64,000 nucleotides of DNA from Eledone cirrhosa (Eukaryota). The notes below the pieces were generated by a model. It saw nothing but the letters and a program-made list of their open reading frames with translations, did not search any database and was not told where the DNA came from. The stretch covers positions 44,206,001 through 44,270,000 of the forward strand of contig OZ024740.1 of assembly GCA_964016885.1 (NCBI GenBank), given 5' to 3'. The position numbers were made by a program, and so were the translations under genes. Below are positions 25,847 to 43,826 of this stretch, piece by piece. How positions within the stretch are numbered: position 1 is the first letter of the stretch; each line of letters begins with the position of its first letter.

Positions 25847-26731
25847 GCGTGTGTGTGTGATTGTGCATATAATTGTGCATGTGGTATGTGTGTTCTTATA
25901 AAGCAAGTAAATAGACACCTTCATATAATTACCAATTCAGAGATTTATTTCCCAAATTACAAAAGTTCGCAAATTGATTTCATTCGAATTTGTAGTTGCT
26001 TCTTGTAAAATGGCAATAGCTTTATGAAAATATGTTAAAGCCTTAATTAATTTAAATAATCATATATAAAAATGTCTGCCTTCACCAGTAAGGTCAATGC
26101 TAGTAATATGTCTCAACTAAAAATATATTGTTTTGAATATAAGCGTAACAATTTTGTTATTAGTTAATTTAATGTTCATGTGCTGAAATTACACAACCAA
26201 GCAAAAGCTATAACTCCACGATTGAAGATGTTTCACTTAATGATTATGAAAATATTCAAATCGTTTGTTGCTATGGAAATATATATATATATATATACAA
26301 TACATAAACAGAGAAAGCCTTAAGCGATACTCCGGCCAACTCCATCTCACTCAACAAACATTAGGATATTCTTAACTATTATCCCAATTTGGTGTTGGGG
26401 TGCTAACTAACCAGTATTTAGTGGATAATTGGTTGTATTATTTTATATGAGACATTATTAAATAAATATCTCATTTCTTCCAGACGGCCGTTTCGTTATA
26501 AGATTTCTACAATTTGGGATAAATAATTTCCATGTTATGTAGAAACTTGTATATAATCCATAGTTTTATACACAAGCGGGCTCTTATAAACTCATCAGTG
26601 GATTCCCAATCAATAACGATATAAGAATTATATCGATATTAACAGAATGGTAATGGTCTCCCTCGGCGCTAAGAAGAGACTGGTAGATTAGAATCCAGCA
26701 GTTCTCCCAAATACAATAAAAAATAAAAAAT

Positions 26732-26766
<35 letters not shown>

Positions 26767-27017
26767 TTATTAAAATAACATATATATATATAATTTTTTT
26801 AATGTTTCTTATTATTTTGACGATAACAAAGTCTCGATTTTCTAGCACAAGATTATTTTTATTATCAAATATTGGTTTCCGAATGAATAGCTTAGTAATA
26901 ATATTGAATTATAATATGGTTTTCACCTCATTTACAAATCTATCAGTTACTTTTTCCTGAATATATATAACGAAGATTTATTTAAACAATGTTTATATTT
27001 TTAATATTAATTACATA

Positions 27018-27566
27018 CGAGAGGGCTTCAAAAAGTTCGTGGAAAAAATATATAGCTAAAAATCATATGCAGGGATTTTGATCTCAGTGCATCTCTACGT
27101 TCTCGTACTAACGTGTCATAACATGTTCTAACATGAACTCATAAATACATGTTACAACGCGGCGGCGTCAGTCGGAAGTCAACACCCGCTCGAACAACAA
27201 GGTCTCCATCAAAACATCAAATTTCTGGTGAAGCCAGGGTGGAAGAGCAGCCAAATGATTGACGCTCTGGTGCAAGTTTATAGGGGAAAATGCCCCAAAT
27301 AAATCAACAACCTACAAATGGATAAGTTGTTTTAGAAGTGGAAGTAATGAAGTTGAAGGTTACCCCCAGTTGAAGATGTAAAAAAAAGCTGCTCTGACAT
27401 GGTTTAAATCACATGGCCCTGTTTTACACAGATGGACTTAAAGGCTGGTATCAATGCTTGCAGAAGTGTATTGACCTAGATGGAGCATATATCGGAAAAT
27501 AAACATTATAACTTAAACAATTTTTTTTAACTGTCCTTTTTCCACGAACTGTTTGAAGCACCCTTG
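27018..27566 (+). mobile_element. Mariner internal-deletion derivative
   Basis: ~30-bp TIRs CGAGAGGGCTTCAAAAAGTTCGTGGAAAAA / TTTTTCCACGAACTGTTTGAAGCACCCTTG, with TA at the left flank. Remnant peptides KSTTYKWISCFRSG and QKCIDLDGAYIGK*. Confidence 0.88.
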
Positions 27567-27929
27567 TGTATATATAATATTATAGTTTAAATTAATCATT
27601 GTGAAATAACTGACTAGGAGATTTTGCCGAAATACAATACCGATACAATACCGATTAGAAATGCAAAATAAAAACTAGTACAGCGTAACTATAAACTATT
27701 GTTTTGTTTTTCTTACTTTATTCTACCGTAGTTTTTACACCTGTATTGCTAACTTGCATTGTACCGGCTTTCCCAAAACAATGTAACTAATTATATATAC
27801 TTTTTATTCAGTCGAATGTATAATTAGCCAAGGTAAGCGAGTTAATAATCTGTTTAGATCTTTATCTTTGCATTTAAAAGATTCGACACTATCTATTTTT
27901 TTAAATTGACTGTTCATCCATTGGAATTA

Positions 27930-27943
27930 ATTGCCATGGTAAC
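27930..27943. promoter_or_regulatory. Candidate RFX X-box
   Basis: ATTGCCATGGTAAC versus the consensus GTTGCCATGGCAAC, in non-repetitive DNA. A second near-match GTTGCTATGGAAAT lies at 26267-26280. Confidence 0.35.
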
Positions 27944-28560
27944 AGAAGAAAAATCTCCTGAGATTACACAGGCCTCAACTGATTAGGCTGAATTTGACAC
28001 TGATTCAGATTGCTAGATTATGAAAACACAATACTGTAGAGTGTGATAGACAAAACTATCTTCACTTTATTTTTTACACAAATGTAATTGAATAACAGTG
28101 TGTTTCGTGCCTCGAATATTCTAATTAAACTTGATACACTTCCTTTCTCAGTGAAATGCAATAAACTACTTCCCGTACAATGAATTTACTAAGAGAGTCA
28201 GTACCACGCATATCCCATCGAAATATATCAATCAATATCCAAATGGCAAATTAAACTGTCAGATAGAAATTGGTGTTTATATTACCAAATGGCTGCGACG
28301 TAAGTTTAGATGACTTAATCATTGGGTAATGATGAAAAGAGATCCTGTTTGACGTAAATTCTCTGCGTTGATCGGATCGGATCTGAAAATTTGCTTTCTA
28401 GATATTGATCCTATGATGGCTATATTTAAATGTCAATGCTATTTTTATGGTGCAAGTAGATAATACTGATTACTGAAATGAATCTCTACATTAACACTAT
28501 TCTCATTTAGACTGAAATTTAAAATACAATCAATATTTCTTGTTTTGAAATCAGACTTAA

Positions 28561-28599
<39 letters not shown>

Positions 28600-28801
28600 C
28601 GAAGGAGATGTGGTAAGGAACCATGTGGACCATAACGCACCAAAGTACTCAATACTTAGGTTTGTAGAGTGGGTAATAGGAACGAGTAGAACCCCGACGG
28701 CTGAGCTCAAGCCGTTTCGACGGCTAATTCTGGACTAAATGATTTAGTCCAGAATTAGCCGTCGAAACGGCTTGAGCTCAGCCGTCGGGGTCCTACTCGT
28801 T

Positions 28802-28860
<59 letters not shown>

Positions 28861-28944
28861 TCATATCCGTATAAATACAGAGTGAGTAAACGTTACTGCA
28901 CCAAAGGATATATAAGTACATTATACGTTTAATTATATATACAT

Positions 28945-29030
<86 letters not shown>

Positions 29031-29754
29031 GGAAGAGAGTCAGGACCCCGACTGCTGAGCTCCTGCCGTTTCGACTGCTAGATCCGAACTATATACATAC
29101 AGAGAGAGAGAGAGAGAGAGGATAGGCAGGCAGAAAGAGACAGAGCGGTAAAACTATCTCAGAATTGACCAAAAGGAAGATCCCAATAGATGTTGAATTA
29201 CCTAAATCTAAAGGGCTTCACAAATGTTCGCCTTATTGCAGTTTCACAAGCTAAAGTAACAGAATTTACCATCTCAATCAATTAGGATAATTAATTATTC
29301 CTTCTAGAATCTACTTGATCATCAAAGAGGATTTCTGTTTTCAATAGATTTCTGTTCCATAAGATATATTTACCGGAGGACCATGTAGGCCCGGATTAAA
29401 ACCAGCATGTTCAAAAATTTGTACAGATGCGCATAATTATGAACAAAGCAAACCGTTCTACAATACAGACAAGGTGGCGAGAATAACATTTAAAAACGTC
29501 TATCAACTCAACATTTAATTAATAATACATATTAAAAAATTATTGAGTAATATACATTACATATGAATGAATAATATCGCTTAGAATATAATTTATTTAT
29601 ATTTGTATAATAACACAGTAGGTATGACACTTATAAGACTTCTTTATTTTAAAGTATTTTACTGCGGCCTTGCCTTTAGTCAATTCTGAGCCTATATCTG
29701 TGTTTATAAGCTTCTATGAATTATATTCTAAACGATATTATTTATTGATTTGTA

Positions 29755-29788
<34 letters not shown>

Positions 29789-30029
29789 GTGAGGTTTTTT
29801 TTACAAAATGAAAAATAACCGAGGTGTCCTACACGAGTGAAAGTATAAAGAAAAAGAGATGAAATCGAAAATGCAACTGGAGTCTTATTTTTTTCAAAAA
29901 TATATATATTTATTTGGTTCCTTTACCGGTTTCGCAGTTCTTCTGCTTTTCAAAAGGTGAGTTGAGATGGAGGGTCTGTGGTTTTTCTCACATCTATATA
30001 TATAAAAAGTTTAATATATATATATTAGA

Positions 30030-30098
<69 letters not shown>

Positions 30099-30100
<2 letters not shown>

Positions 30101-32084
30101 CGGCGATGAATTAGTTTTGCGAGGTTTTTTATATGAAATCGTGTGTCGAAACAGATATTGTTATATTTGGGGAGGGTCATATTTGCGTAATATTGCCAGA
30201 ATTAATAACAGAACACACTCACTGTTTGGTTGGTTTTCGCTTCTCGCTGTCTTTTATATATATATATCTGCGATCTAACTTACTCGGTCCTCAATGTTGC
30301 CATTGACTGACAGGCGGTCAAAAATAATACAGATACAATATAGACACAAACACATATATATAGTTTACATAATTTACATAAATCTTTCGTTGCACATCTG
30401 CAACATCGTCAGTGGTGTTATATTCATTGTTCCTCCTGTTGTGTTGTATGTCTACGCCATTTTTTTTTTTTTTTGTTCAGTCTGTCTATATATTTATTTA
30501 TTTATTTGTTTGGTTGTTTATCTTATTTTATTTTGTCTTCTTTGCGCATGCGTTTGCGTGTGTGTATAGTGTTATGTGTGATGTGTGACTAGTGTGTATA
30601 GTGTTGTGTCTGCTGGGTGACTAGTGTGTGTTTATGTGCTTGTGTATGTATTTATTTATCTTATTTTATTTAATTTTATTTACTTATTTATACTTCTCTT
30701 AGGTCAGTGTTGTTTGTTTGGGTGTTGTTGTTGTTCCACTCATTCTTTCTGTTTAGCTTTGGTCTTCTAATTTCTATTTCACTGGCCTCTCTGATTTGCC
30801 TATCTGCTGGGTCATTCCTATGTTTAGATATTATTCTAATTTCTATGTTGTCTATGTTACCGTCATGTTGTTGTCTAGCATGTTCGTATAGTACTGACCC
30901 ATTTTTTCGTCCTTTTAGTTCCCCCCAGTGTTGGTCTATCCTTTCACCTATGCTACGAGCTGTCTCACCTATGTATGTTGTTGTCATGTTTCTGCAAGTA
31001 CCCTCTGTACATCTTATGCTATAGACTACGTTTCTAGTTTTACAGTTTATCCGGGGGTTCACCTTACATATGATACATTTCCTATTGGTACAGTGGGTTT
31101 TCTTAAAAGGGTAGGTTTTGCTGATCAGGGATTTTATGGTGGTTCCTGGCTTTTCTACCACCTTTATTTTTAAGTGGGTCTTTCTCAGGGCCTTTCTACA
31201 CTGGTTAGCTAATTTCCCTCCAGGGGTGGCGTCCACAAACATGACACTCTGATATCTCTGGTTGTCGTACCATGATGTGGCCTTCCCTATCTTATGTCTA
31301 GCCCTATCTAAGCTATTCCATGATTTGCTCCTGTATAGTGGGCAAATTCCTTTCATGTCCAGTTCTATGAGGGTCTTATACTTTTCCATGGCTCCTTCAT
31401 ATACTCTGACTCTGTCTCTTTGGTTGTAGCCAGAGAACTGCATGCGGTTGATGAAGTGTTGGATGTGTCCTTCCATTTCTGTTGGGTCGCACATGCTGGA
31501 CACATTCTTCATCACTCGTACCAAATCTGCGATCAGAATATTAAACTTAGCACTACTGGACATTGCTGAGTTTTTGAGTATCAGGTATTTGGAGGCCATG
31601 GGTTTAGCATAGTGTGAGTGGAGAATTTGGGCTCTCTCGTCTATAGTGTTAATCCAGAGTTCTGTGTCTAATACAGGTAGTCTATTGTTAGGGTGTTTGG
31701 AAGGGAAGTCTATAGTTACAGTTATACTCTGGTGTATGGAATTAGCTATCTGCTGGATGCTTTCCATCGTGCTACGTTCTAAATCAAACTTGTTAGTGCT
31801 CTCTAGTGGGGGTGTTCTTATAACTATATTGATATCGTCTACATAACGAGAGTACATGATGAGGTCTATGGAGCTTTTATTAAGGAGATCTTTAAGTCTC
31901 CTTTCCCACCATACCATGAAAAGGTTGGCAACATCACCAGCTATGCTGACGCCGATGGCTGCTCCCTCATTTTGGGTGTAGAAGCGAAGAAGCGAAGAAG
32001 CGAGAAGCGAAAACCAACCAAACAGTGAGTGTGTTCTGTTATTAATTCTGGCAATATTACGCAAATATGACCCTCCCCAAATAT

Positions 32085-32090
<6 letters not shown>
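30099..32090 (-). mobile_element. Second, near-identical copy of the Neptune-like PLE with an inverted 5' terminal arm
   Basis: Coding part 30688-31980 is almost identical to the 51-kb copy. 31998-32090 is the reverse complement of 30156-30247. (TA)n on both sides. Confidence 0.9.
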
Positions 32091-32160
<70 letters not shown>

Positions 32161-32401
32161 GTGAGGTTTTTTTTACAAAATGAAAAATAACCGAGGTGTC
32201 CTACACGAGTGAAAGTATAAAGAAAAAGAGATAAAACAAGTAACATTCAGAGACCAACCAGATGTGTGAAAAACCACAGACCCTCCATCTCAACTCACCT
32301 TTTGAAAAGCAGAACTGCGAAACCGGTAAAGGAACCAAATAAATATATATATTTAAAAAAAAAATAAGACCTCAGTTGCATTTTCGATTTCATCTCTTTT
32401 T

Positions 32402-32515
<114 letters not shown>

Positions 32516-32748
32516 TAAATCATGTCTTTAGAATCATCAGACATTAAAATATATACTATTTCTTCTTCTAATTAGCATAATTAACCATATACAAAATCAA
32601 ATCTAGCAAGCTTTAAGAATAAATTTTCATATGGGGAAATCTCTGACAAACAATTGACCGTAGCCTCTTCGCGGCAGCCCCGTTCCATTATTTATCGAAC
32701 ATTTCGACAGCATGTACACTTCGACCAAATATACCATCAACCACACAC

Positions 32749-35388
<2,640 letters not shown>

Positions 35389-35699
35389 TATATATATATG
35401 TATGTATATATTTATATATATATATATCTTGGTGCAACAGATTTGAAATTCCAGATATTATGTTAGACTTTCTTTGTTTATTTTTTTATATATGAATATT
35501 GATTGTTCCTTGTATCTGATTCTGTTATTTTGGCCGAGAAAATATCTGTGTGTGTCATCAAATGTTGTACACACATAGATATTTTTTCAATTTCCAATTG
35601 AGTTCTAGCACGTGGCCTGAATTCCTTTTAGAGTTCATTGTCATGCGCATGTATTGTTTTTTTTTTGGCGGTAATTTACTTCCTCATTTTTTAATCAGT

Positions 35700-36120
35700 T
35701 TGAGCATTTCTTTAGAACTGCTGGACTAGCAACCTAACAGATACCTCAGGCACTGATGATGATTATCGCTAAATACTGATGTTGGTTAGATTATCAATAT
35801 TAGTATTATTGGGGCATCCACTGATGAATTATAGGAGCCCACTTGAATATATATCTATTGATGGTATACAACTCCTACATAAATTGGTATAATTTCACCC
35901 AAAATGTAGGAATCCTATAATGAAACGAGACGTCCGTCTGGGAAGAGATATATTAGATATGTCTCATATGAAATAATACAGCCAATTTTCCACGCAATAC
36001 TTTTAGTTAGCACCCCGAAGGCATAATTAGGAATATAATCACTTATTTCCTAATGTTTGTTGAGTGAGTTGGAATTTGGCCGGAGTATCGCTAAAAAGCT
36101 CTCTCCGATATTGTATTTAT
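35700..36120 (+). mobile_element. PLE terminus with long-stem-II HHR (diverged copy on the minus strand at 26300-26700)
   Basis: tcca-CTGATGA (35821)..GAAAC (35922)..GTC (35936)-tggg. The homologous minus-strand HHR at 26479-26602 has shared downstream sequence. Confidence 0.7.
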
Positions 36121-36121
36121 T

Positions 36122-37052
<931 letters not shown>

Positions 37053-37054
<2 letters not shown>

Positions 37055-37586
37055 CGGGTCACTCTTGAGTGCTACTGGTAACATGTAACCCAGTACAACA
37101 TGTCACATGGTCGGATCGTCGGCGACTAAACCGGCAACCCCGCCAAGTTTACTTGGTGAGGAGGGTGATTTGGGACACCCTGCAGGACAAAATACAAAAC
37201 CTGACAAAGGGCAGAAGTCATAAGAGTCAACGGCCATCCAAAAGTGTGTAAATATGTATATACACATGTACCGCGTGGTTAAACCACTGGGAGTGGAGGA
37301 CTCCCTAGCTTTTGTCAGGACATTCTTCTAGGAGAAGGCAACTAGGAAACTGGGAAAACTCCGATATAAAATCTGCGGCTCGGTAGTTACCGATGATGTT
37401 GATCTTTTCTTCTTTTCGGGTTATATCTACTGTCGCTCAGAGAGTGGGATTGGCTCAGTGCACAGTCTTTCCTCACTTTAAAATTTATCTTCACGCACAG
37501 GCATTGCACGATAGAATTAATTAATAATTATTAATAATGGTATATCGTGCAATGGCCATACTCGATAATGAGGGGGCAGCCATCAT
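37053..37586 (+). mobile_element. Non-coding interspersed element with RTE-like 5' UTR motifs (copies at 4321-4630, 13705-13938 and 49057-49618 minus)
   Basis: Shared blocks ctactggtaacatgta, ggcgactaaac, ctaggagaagg..aaactc.gatataa, gagagtggga.tggct and cttcacg, and a 3' ggcc.tactcg....cgag...gcagcca end. Confidence 0.7.
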
Positions 37587-37614
37587 ATATGTATATATAT
37601 ATATATATATATAT

Positions 37615-38114
<500 letters not shown>

Positions 38115-38401
38115 GGGGAAGAGACAGAGAGGGTGGAAGAGAGAGAGAGAAGGCACGTGGCTCAAGGGTTAGAGCGTTGGGCTTACAATGGTGAGATTGC
38201 TCCAGTTCACTTAGCTTTAGGAAGGAGTTGCGATATTACTGGTGCCAAGCTGTCTTTTCCTTTCCCCTGGACAACATCGCAAGACTGGTATGTTAGGGTG
38301 GAAGCAGTAATTTTGTGCTTAAACTTTTAATCTGTACTAATAATAAATAAATAAATATATATATGTATGTACGTATGTATGTATGTATGTATGTATGTGT
38401 A

Positions 38402-38473
<72 letters not shown>

Positions 38474-38619
38474 TGAGTGAGAGAGAGAGTGTGTGTGTGT
38501 GTGTAGTAAGAAATCATTGGCTGAGAAAAAGGAAAAATAGGAACCCACTCAATCTGGTGTGAGAGGTGATATTGTATTATACATATATATATACATACAT
38601 ACACATACACACACACATG

Positions 38620-38763
<144 letters not shown>

Positions 38764-38922
38764 TGTTGATTTAACACTTCACTGCTCGCAAGTGATTTTT
38801 AAGCTTCATATCATGTCTCCCTATTTTATCTGATGAGAACGCAAATATCATCCCATGATGATATTTGTTTTTGAAATGCGCATAATAAAATACATGGAAC
38901 TCTTTTAACCATCTTTTGATCT

Positions 38923-38970
<48 letters not shown>

Positions 38971-39152
38971 GTAGGTCCCGGGTTGAGTCGGGGATAACCA
39001 CAGTAAGTAAGGTACTCAATACATGGCAGAGTAAATTTTTTTTATTTTATAGAAGGAGCTTCTACAGGACTAGTACTGTTTCATTCAGATGAAAGCTTCC
39101 TGAAGATTTCATCTGAATGAAACAGTACTAGTCCTGTAGAAGCTCCTTCTAT

Positions 39153-39184
<32 letters not shown>

Positions 39185-39186
<2 letters not shown>

Positions 39187-40600
39187 GGTTTGTTGGTTCA
39201 CCACTGAATAGACCTGGTCATTCCATATAGTCAACCGTGATGTAATATTAGGAAAAGCACCCGACGTAATGCAACTCACCTATCTTCGTGTATGTTGAAT
39301 ATTGTTGGTGGTGCGAGAACGGAGTTAATTGTTAGTGACTAAAATGACAAGAGGCTGGACTGGTGAAATTCCTTAAATATTTATTACAAACACTATGCAA
39401 ATTTCAATGACCAGGTTCCGTATGAACTTTGTGACATCATCAGGTGTTACAAAATGTATCTAATAAAGGAATATAATAATGGTAGACACAATCCAAGGGG
39501 CTGAAAAGTAGAGAGAAATGTTTAAGACCTGAAGGAGGGAAGAATAACACGGATAGGCTATACAGTAGGGTTTATTCCAAGTATTAACAAATGTTTCATT
39601 GGCCCGGTGTGTCTAAAAATCGCTATCAGCGGTGCTGCTTTGACATTCGATTTTAAGTATTCGTATTACCAGCCGAAGTTGGCATTCTAAGAACACTCCC
39701 ACAAATGAATCAGTATTTCATCTTTATAGACACACCACTTCAACTTCCTTTCCTTCACATATGGTATCAATCATCCATTATTGCCATCGTCAACCTCAAT
39801 CTACACCCTATTATCTAAACACCCATCATTATCACTCATCAAACAAGTATATCGCTGCTTTTATCTTCCGATATATCTTTCGGTCAACTTGTCTGTCATT
39901 TATTTTATTTTATTTTATTATATTGTCCATTTTAATATACTGTCCACCATCCTGCTATTCTCTCATCCTAACGTCTGTATACCTATATCTATATATTTAT
40001 TTTATTTTACTTTGTATTTCCACTTTTTATTTTTCATTTTTTACTTGCTTATTTCCTTTTTATTTTATTTTTCAATTCTTATTTTATCTTAGTTTTATCT
40101 TATTGTCTCACGTCTCACTACTCTTTTCATCTTGCTATTTTTCATGTTATTTTTTCATATCGGTATCTCATTATCGTTATCTCATTTCGCTCTACCGTTC
40201 ATCTTGTTATTTTTCATGTAATTTTTAGTACACCCAAGTATAAATGCGTTGCATCACAAGGCACAAAATAGTATTTTCATGATTTGGCTGGTGATAACAG
40301 TACTTAAAATAGAATGTCAAAGCAGCAACGATGATAGCGATTTTTAGACACACCGGGCCAATGAAACATTTGTTAATACTTGGTATAAACCCTACTGTAT
40401 AGCTTATCTGCGTTTTTCGTCGCTCCTTTATTATTAATACTCCAGGAACCACTTACCTAGGAACGATCTGGGATCGGCCACCTGAACACCACAAATAGGT
40501 AAACACCTTGTCGAGTCAAACAATGCCGCACATTAGAATCATCCACTGTACAGATTACTCATAATCTCTACTTGGATTACTTTATACGATACCTCGTTCA
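39185..40600. mobile_element. Older PLE termini with an inverted repeat and HHR motifs
   Basis: Inverted repeat ~39550-39680/40283-40410. Minus-strand cac-CTGATGA..GAAAtttgcATA-gtg at 39391-39446. Confidence 0.55.
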
Positions 40601-40617
40601 CTTATATATATATATAT

Positions 40618-41290
40618 AAGCATGTATACGTACATACATATATGTATACAGACGTACAGTAGTATGTATATACATACATACATGCACACATATATATATA
40701 TGTACGTATGGGTTTACCGAACATTTATTATACTGCTCGGTTTGTTTGTAAACAAACAGCCCAAATTAAGCCGTACAATGTTCGGCAACCATCGTTGCCC
40801 TTTTGTTCAACACTGACAAAGGAACGATGAACTAGTTTCTAGCTTATTACCTGTCATCAGCACCGTACACCTTCCTGTCAGTCGATTGAACGTTTGAAAG
40901 TATATACTTTCCTTATGTATATTAATGGCTGAGCAGCCTAATTTGCATATCGAGTGAGTTAGTCGGCCGGGCGTACCGAAAACGATAAATGGAAAAAATA
41001 AAATTTCATTTCTCACTCTTAGTACAGCTGATACTTAAATATAAGCATGTATACGTACATACATATATGTATACAGACGTACAGTAGTATGTATATACAT
41101 ACATAAATGCACACACGTATATATATGTGTACGTATGGGTTTACCGAACATTTATTATAATATTCGGTTTGTTTGTAAACAAACAGCCCGAATTAAGCCG
41201 TACAGTGCTCGGCAACCATCGTTGCCCTTTTGTTCAACACTGACAAAGGAACGATGAACTAGTTTCTAGCTTATTAGCCCTCATCAGCAC
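40618..41290 (-). mobile_element. Retrozyme-like tandem unit (~425-nt monomer, 1.6 copies, two HHRs)
   Basis: Period 40618 to 41043, with HHRs at 40825-40865 and 41252-41290. Confidence 0.8.
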
Positions 41291-41291
41291 T

Positions 41292-41459
<168 letters not shown>

Positions 41460-42329
41460 TATTAAAAGCGACAGGCGCTGTGAGGTTACTAATAAAGAGT
41501 GTTTAGAAATGTAAGGAAAACAAAAGCAAAGGACAATTCCCCTCATCAGTTGTCTTCTGTGGGTCTCGGATGTTTCAATGCATTAAAGACAACTCATCTA
41601 TCCTCAGTGCGTCCATAATTTTCAAGAAGTTACTGGGGAAGGAAAAGACCAAGAGGCGATAGTGGAGAGAAAGAAAACAAACAGAAGAAAAAACAGAAAA
41701 CATACCGATAAAGAGGGGGAAACAAGAGGCACAAGCACACATATGTAGGAGTAACCAATGGGAGGGAGGGGAAGAAGGTAAAAAAGGCGGCCGGGTGTAA
41801 ACCCTAAGACCTTATTAACAACAAGAGAAAGAGAGCGAAGAGAAATGTGTCTGATCGAGAACAGGTGTAAAGAGGGAGAGACGAAGGAAAACGGAAGTAG
41901 TAAGGGAGCTGAGAGAGAGAGGGGGAAGAAGGGGATAAATGTGGGAAAGAAAGATGAAAAGTGAATGGGAGAGAAAGAGAAAGTGAAAAAAAGGAGGAAG
42001 GTAAAGAGTTAATAACATCGACAATCGAGTATGAGAGAATAGAACGAAGGTCACAGCAATAAATTTATTTATATATTTATATATATATATATAGAGAGAG
42101 AGAGATGGAAAAAATGAAATTTCATTTCTCACTCTTAGTACGGCTGATACTTAAATATAAGTATGTATACGTACATACATATATGTATACAGACGTACAG
42201 TAGTATGTATATATATGCATACATACATGCACACACATATATATGTACGTATGGGTTTACCGAGCATTTATTATAATGCTCGGTTTGTTTGTAAACAAAC
42301 AGCCCGAATTATTAGCCGTACAGTGTCTA

Positions 42330-43735
42330 TATGTGTGTGCGTGGGTGGAGGGGGGGGGGGGGTATATGTATATGTCTGTACGTGGTTGGGTGTACGGGTA
42401 TATATACGCATGTGCATGCGTATGCACATCTATGTGTGTGTGTGTATGTTGATGTATATAGGCATGTGCGTATGTGTCTGTGTGTGTGTACGTGCCTCTC
42501 TGGATTCATTTATGCGTATATTTATGTTCTCCTTAAATGTGTGTATATAGCGAGCGACTATGCGTACGACTGTCATTATCTCTGTGCTTGTGTGTGTGAG
42601 TGTGTGTGTGTGTGTATATATGTGTGCGCGCGCTCGCGTGGATGTGTGAACAACCAAACACAGCAGTAATTTATTGAAGTGTAGCAGACATGGGACTGCT
42701 AACGCCCGGATGGTCGGCGGACTGGTACCTGTGGTCAGAATTATGATGACGTCGACAACCAGCGGCCAATCATAGGACGCGCGATGAGGATGAAGTTTTT
42801 GACGGTACTAGCCCAGAGGGTCAGATACCCCAGTGAGAGAATATTCTCCGAAATCATTAGACGTGTCCGTCGAACCTGCGGGTCCAGAATCAGACAGATC
42901 CACACAATGATCGCATCTCGAGCTGTCCGCCGGAGAAACAATTGTAACACACAATAAATTGAGGTCAGATGCATCACCGATTTTTCGTTTTCTATTCTAT
43001 ATATATATATACTTCGGTTTGGCAGCATCAAATATATAAGAACCGTAGAACAAATATTTATTAAAATAACAGATTAAAGTTTAAGCAAAGAAACGCTGCT
43101 TTCACCCTTAACGAGATCTTCTGAAACTAACAAAGTCAATCTGTGAACGCAGAAGTGAATATTTCAAAAAACGTTGCAACCGGAGGAAGACAGGAAGACG
43201 ATACTTTGGTTCGTGGAAACGATCCCTGGCAAAGAACGGGAAAAAACGAATATAATACGTCATTATTTGGAGTAATGAAAAACAATTACACGCAAAGACA
43301 AAACTACGTTTATGGTATAAAAGAAGTCGTAGACTAATAGTCTATTAGGTAGTTCATAGAGACGTTCTCTGCCAATGACCGGAAAAAACGAAGATAATAC
43401 GTCATATGTGGAGCGGGGAGAACGATAGCACGCAAAGACAAAACCACGTAAATGGTATAACTGAAGTCGTAGACTAAAATTCTAACTAGAAAACAGAATG
43501 ATTCTCGGTTCAGAGTTAAGAATAAAGTAAATAAAATACAGAGGTAATTGAAATTAAATAAATACATATACGTACATACACAAGCATACGCGAAAACACT
43601 CGCCATAGGTATACAAATACACGCATGTACATACAAAAAACAAAAAAAAAACCGCAAGCACATACAGAACCCACGCAACGCCTGTACCCGCACGCATGCG
43701 AATGTATACACCAAATACACATAAAAATATATATT

Positions 43736-43826
<91 letters not shown>

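Noticed and set aside
31981-32064. N-terminus [12 protein letters not shown]... of the 458-aa ORF
   Set aside because: It comes from the inverted terminal arm fused by chance in frame to a truncated RT. The same applies to the starts of the 33079, 50847 and 21467 ORFs (inverted pLTR or microsatellite).
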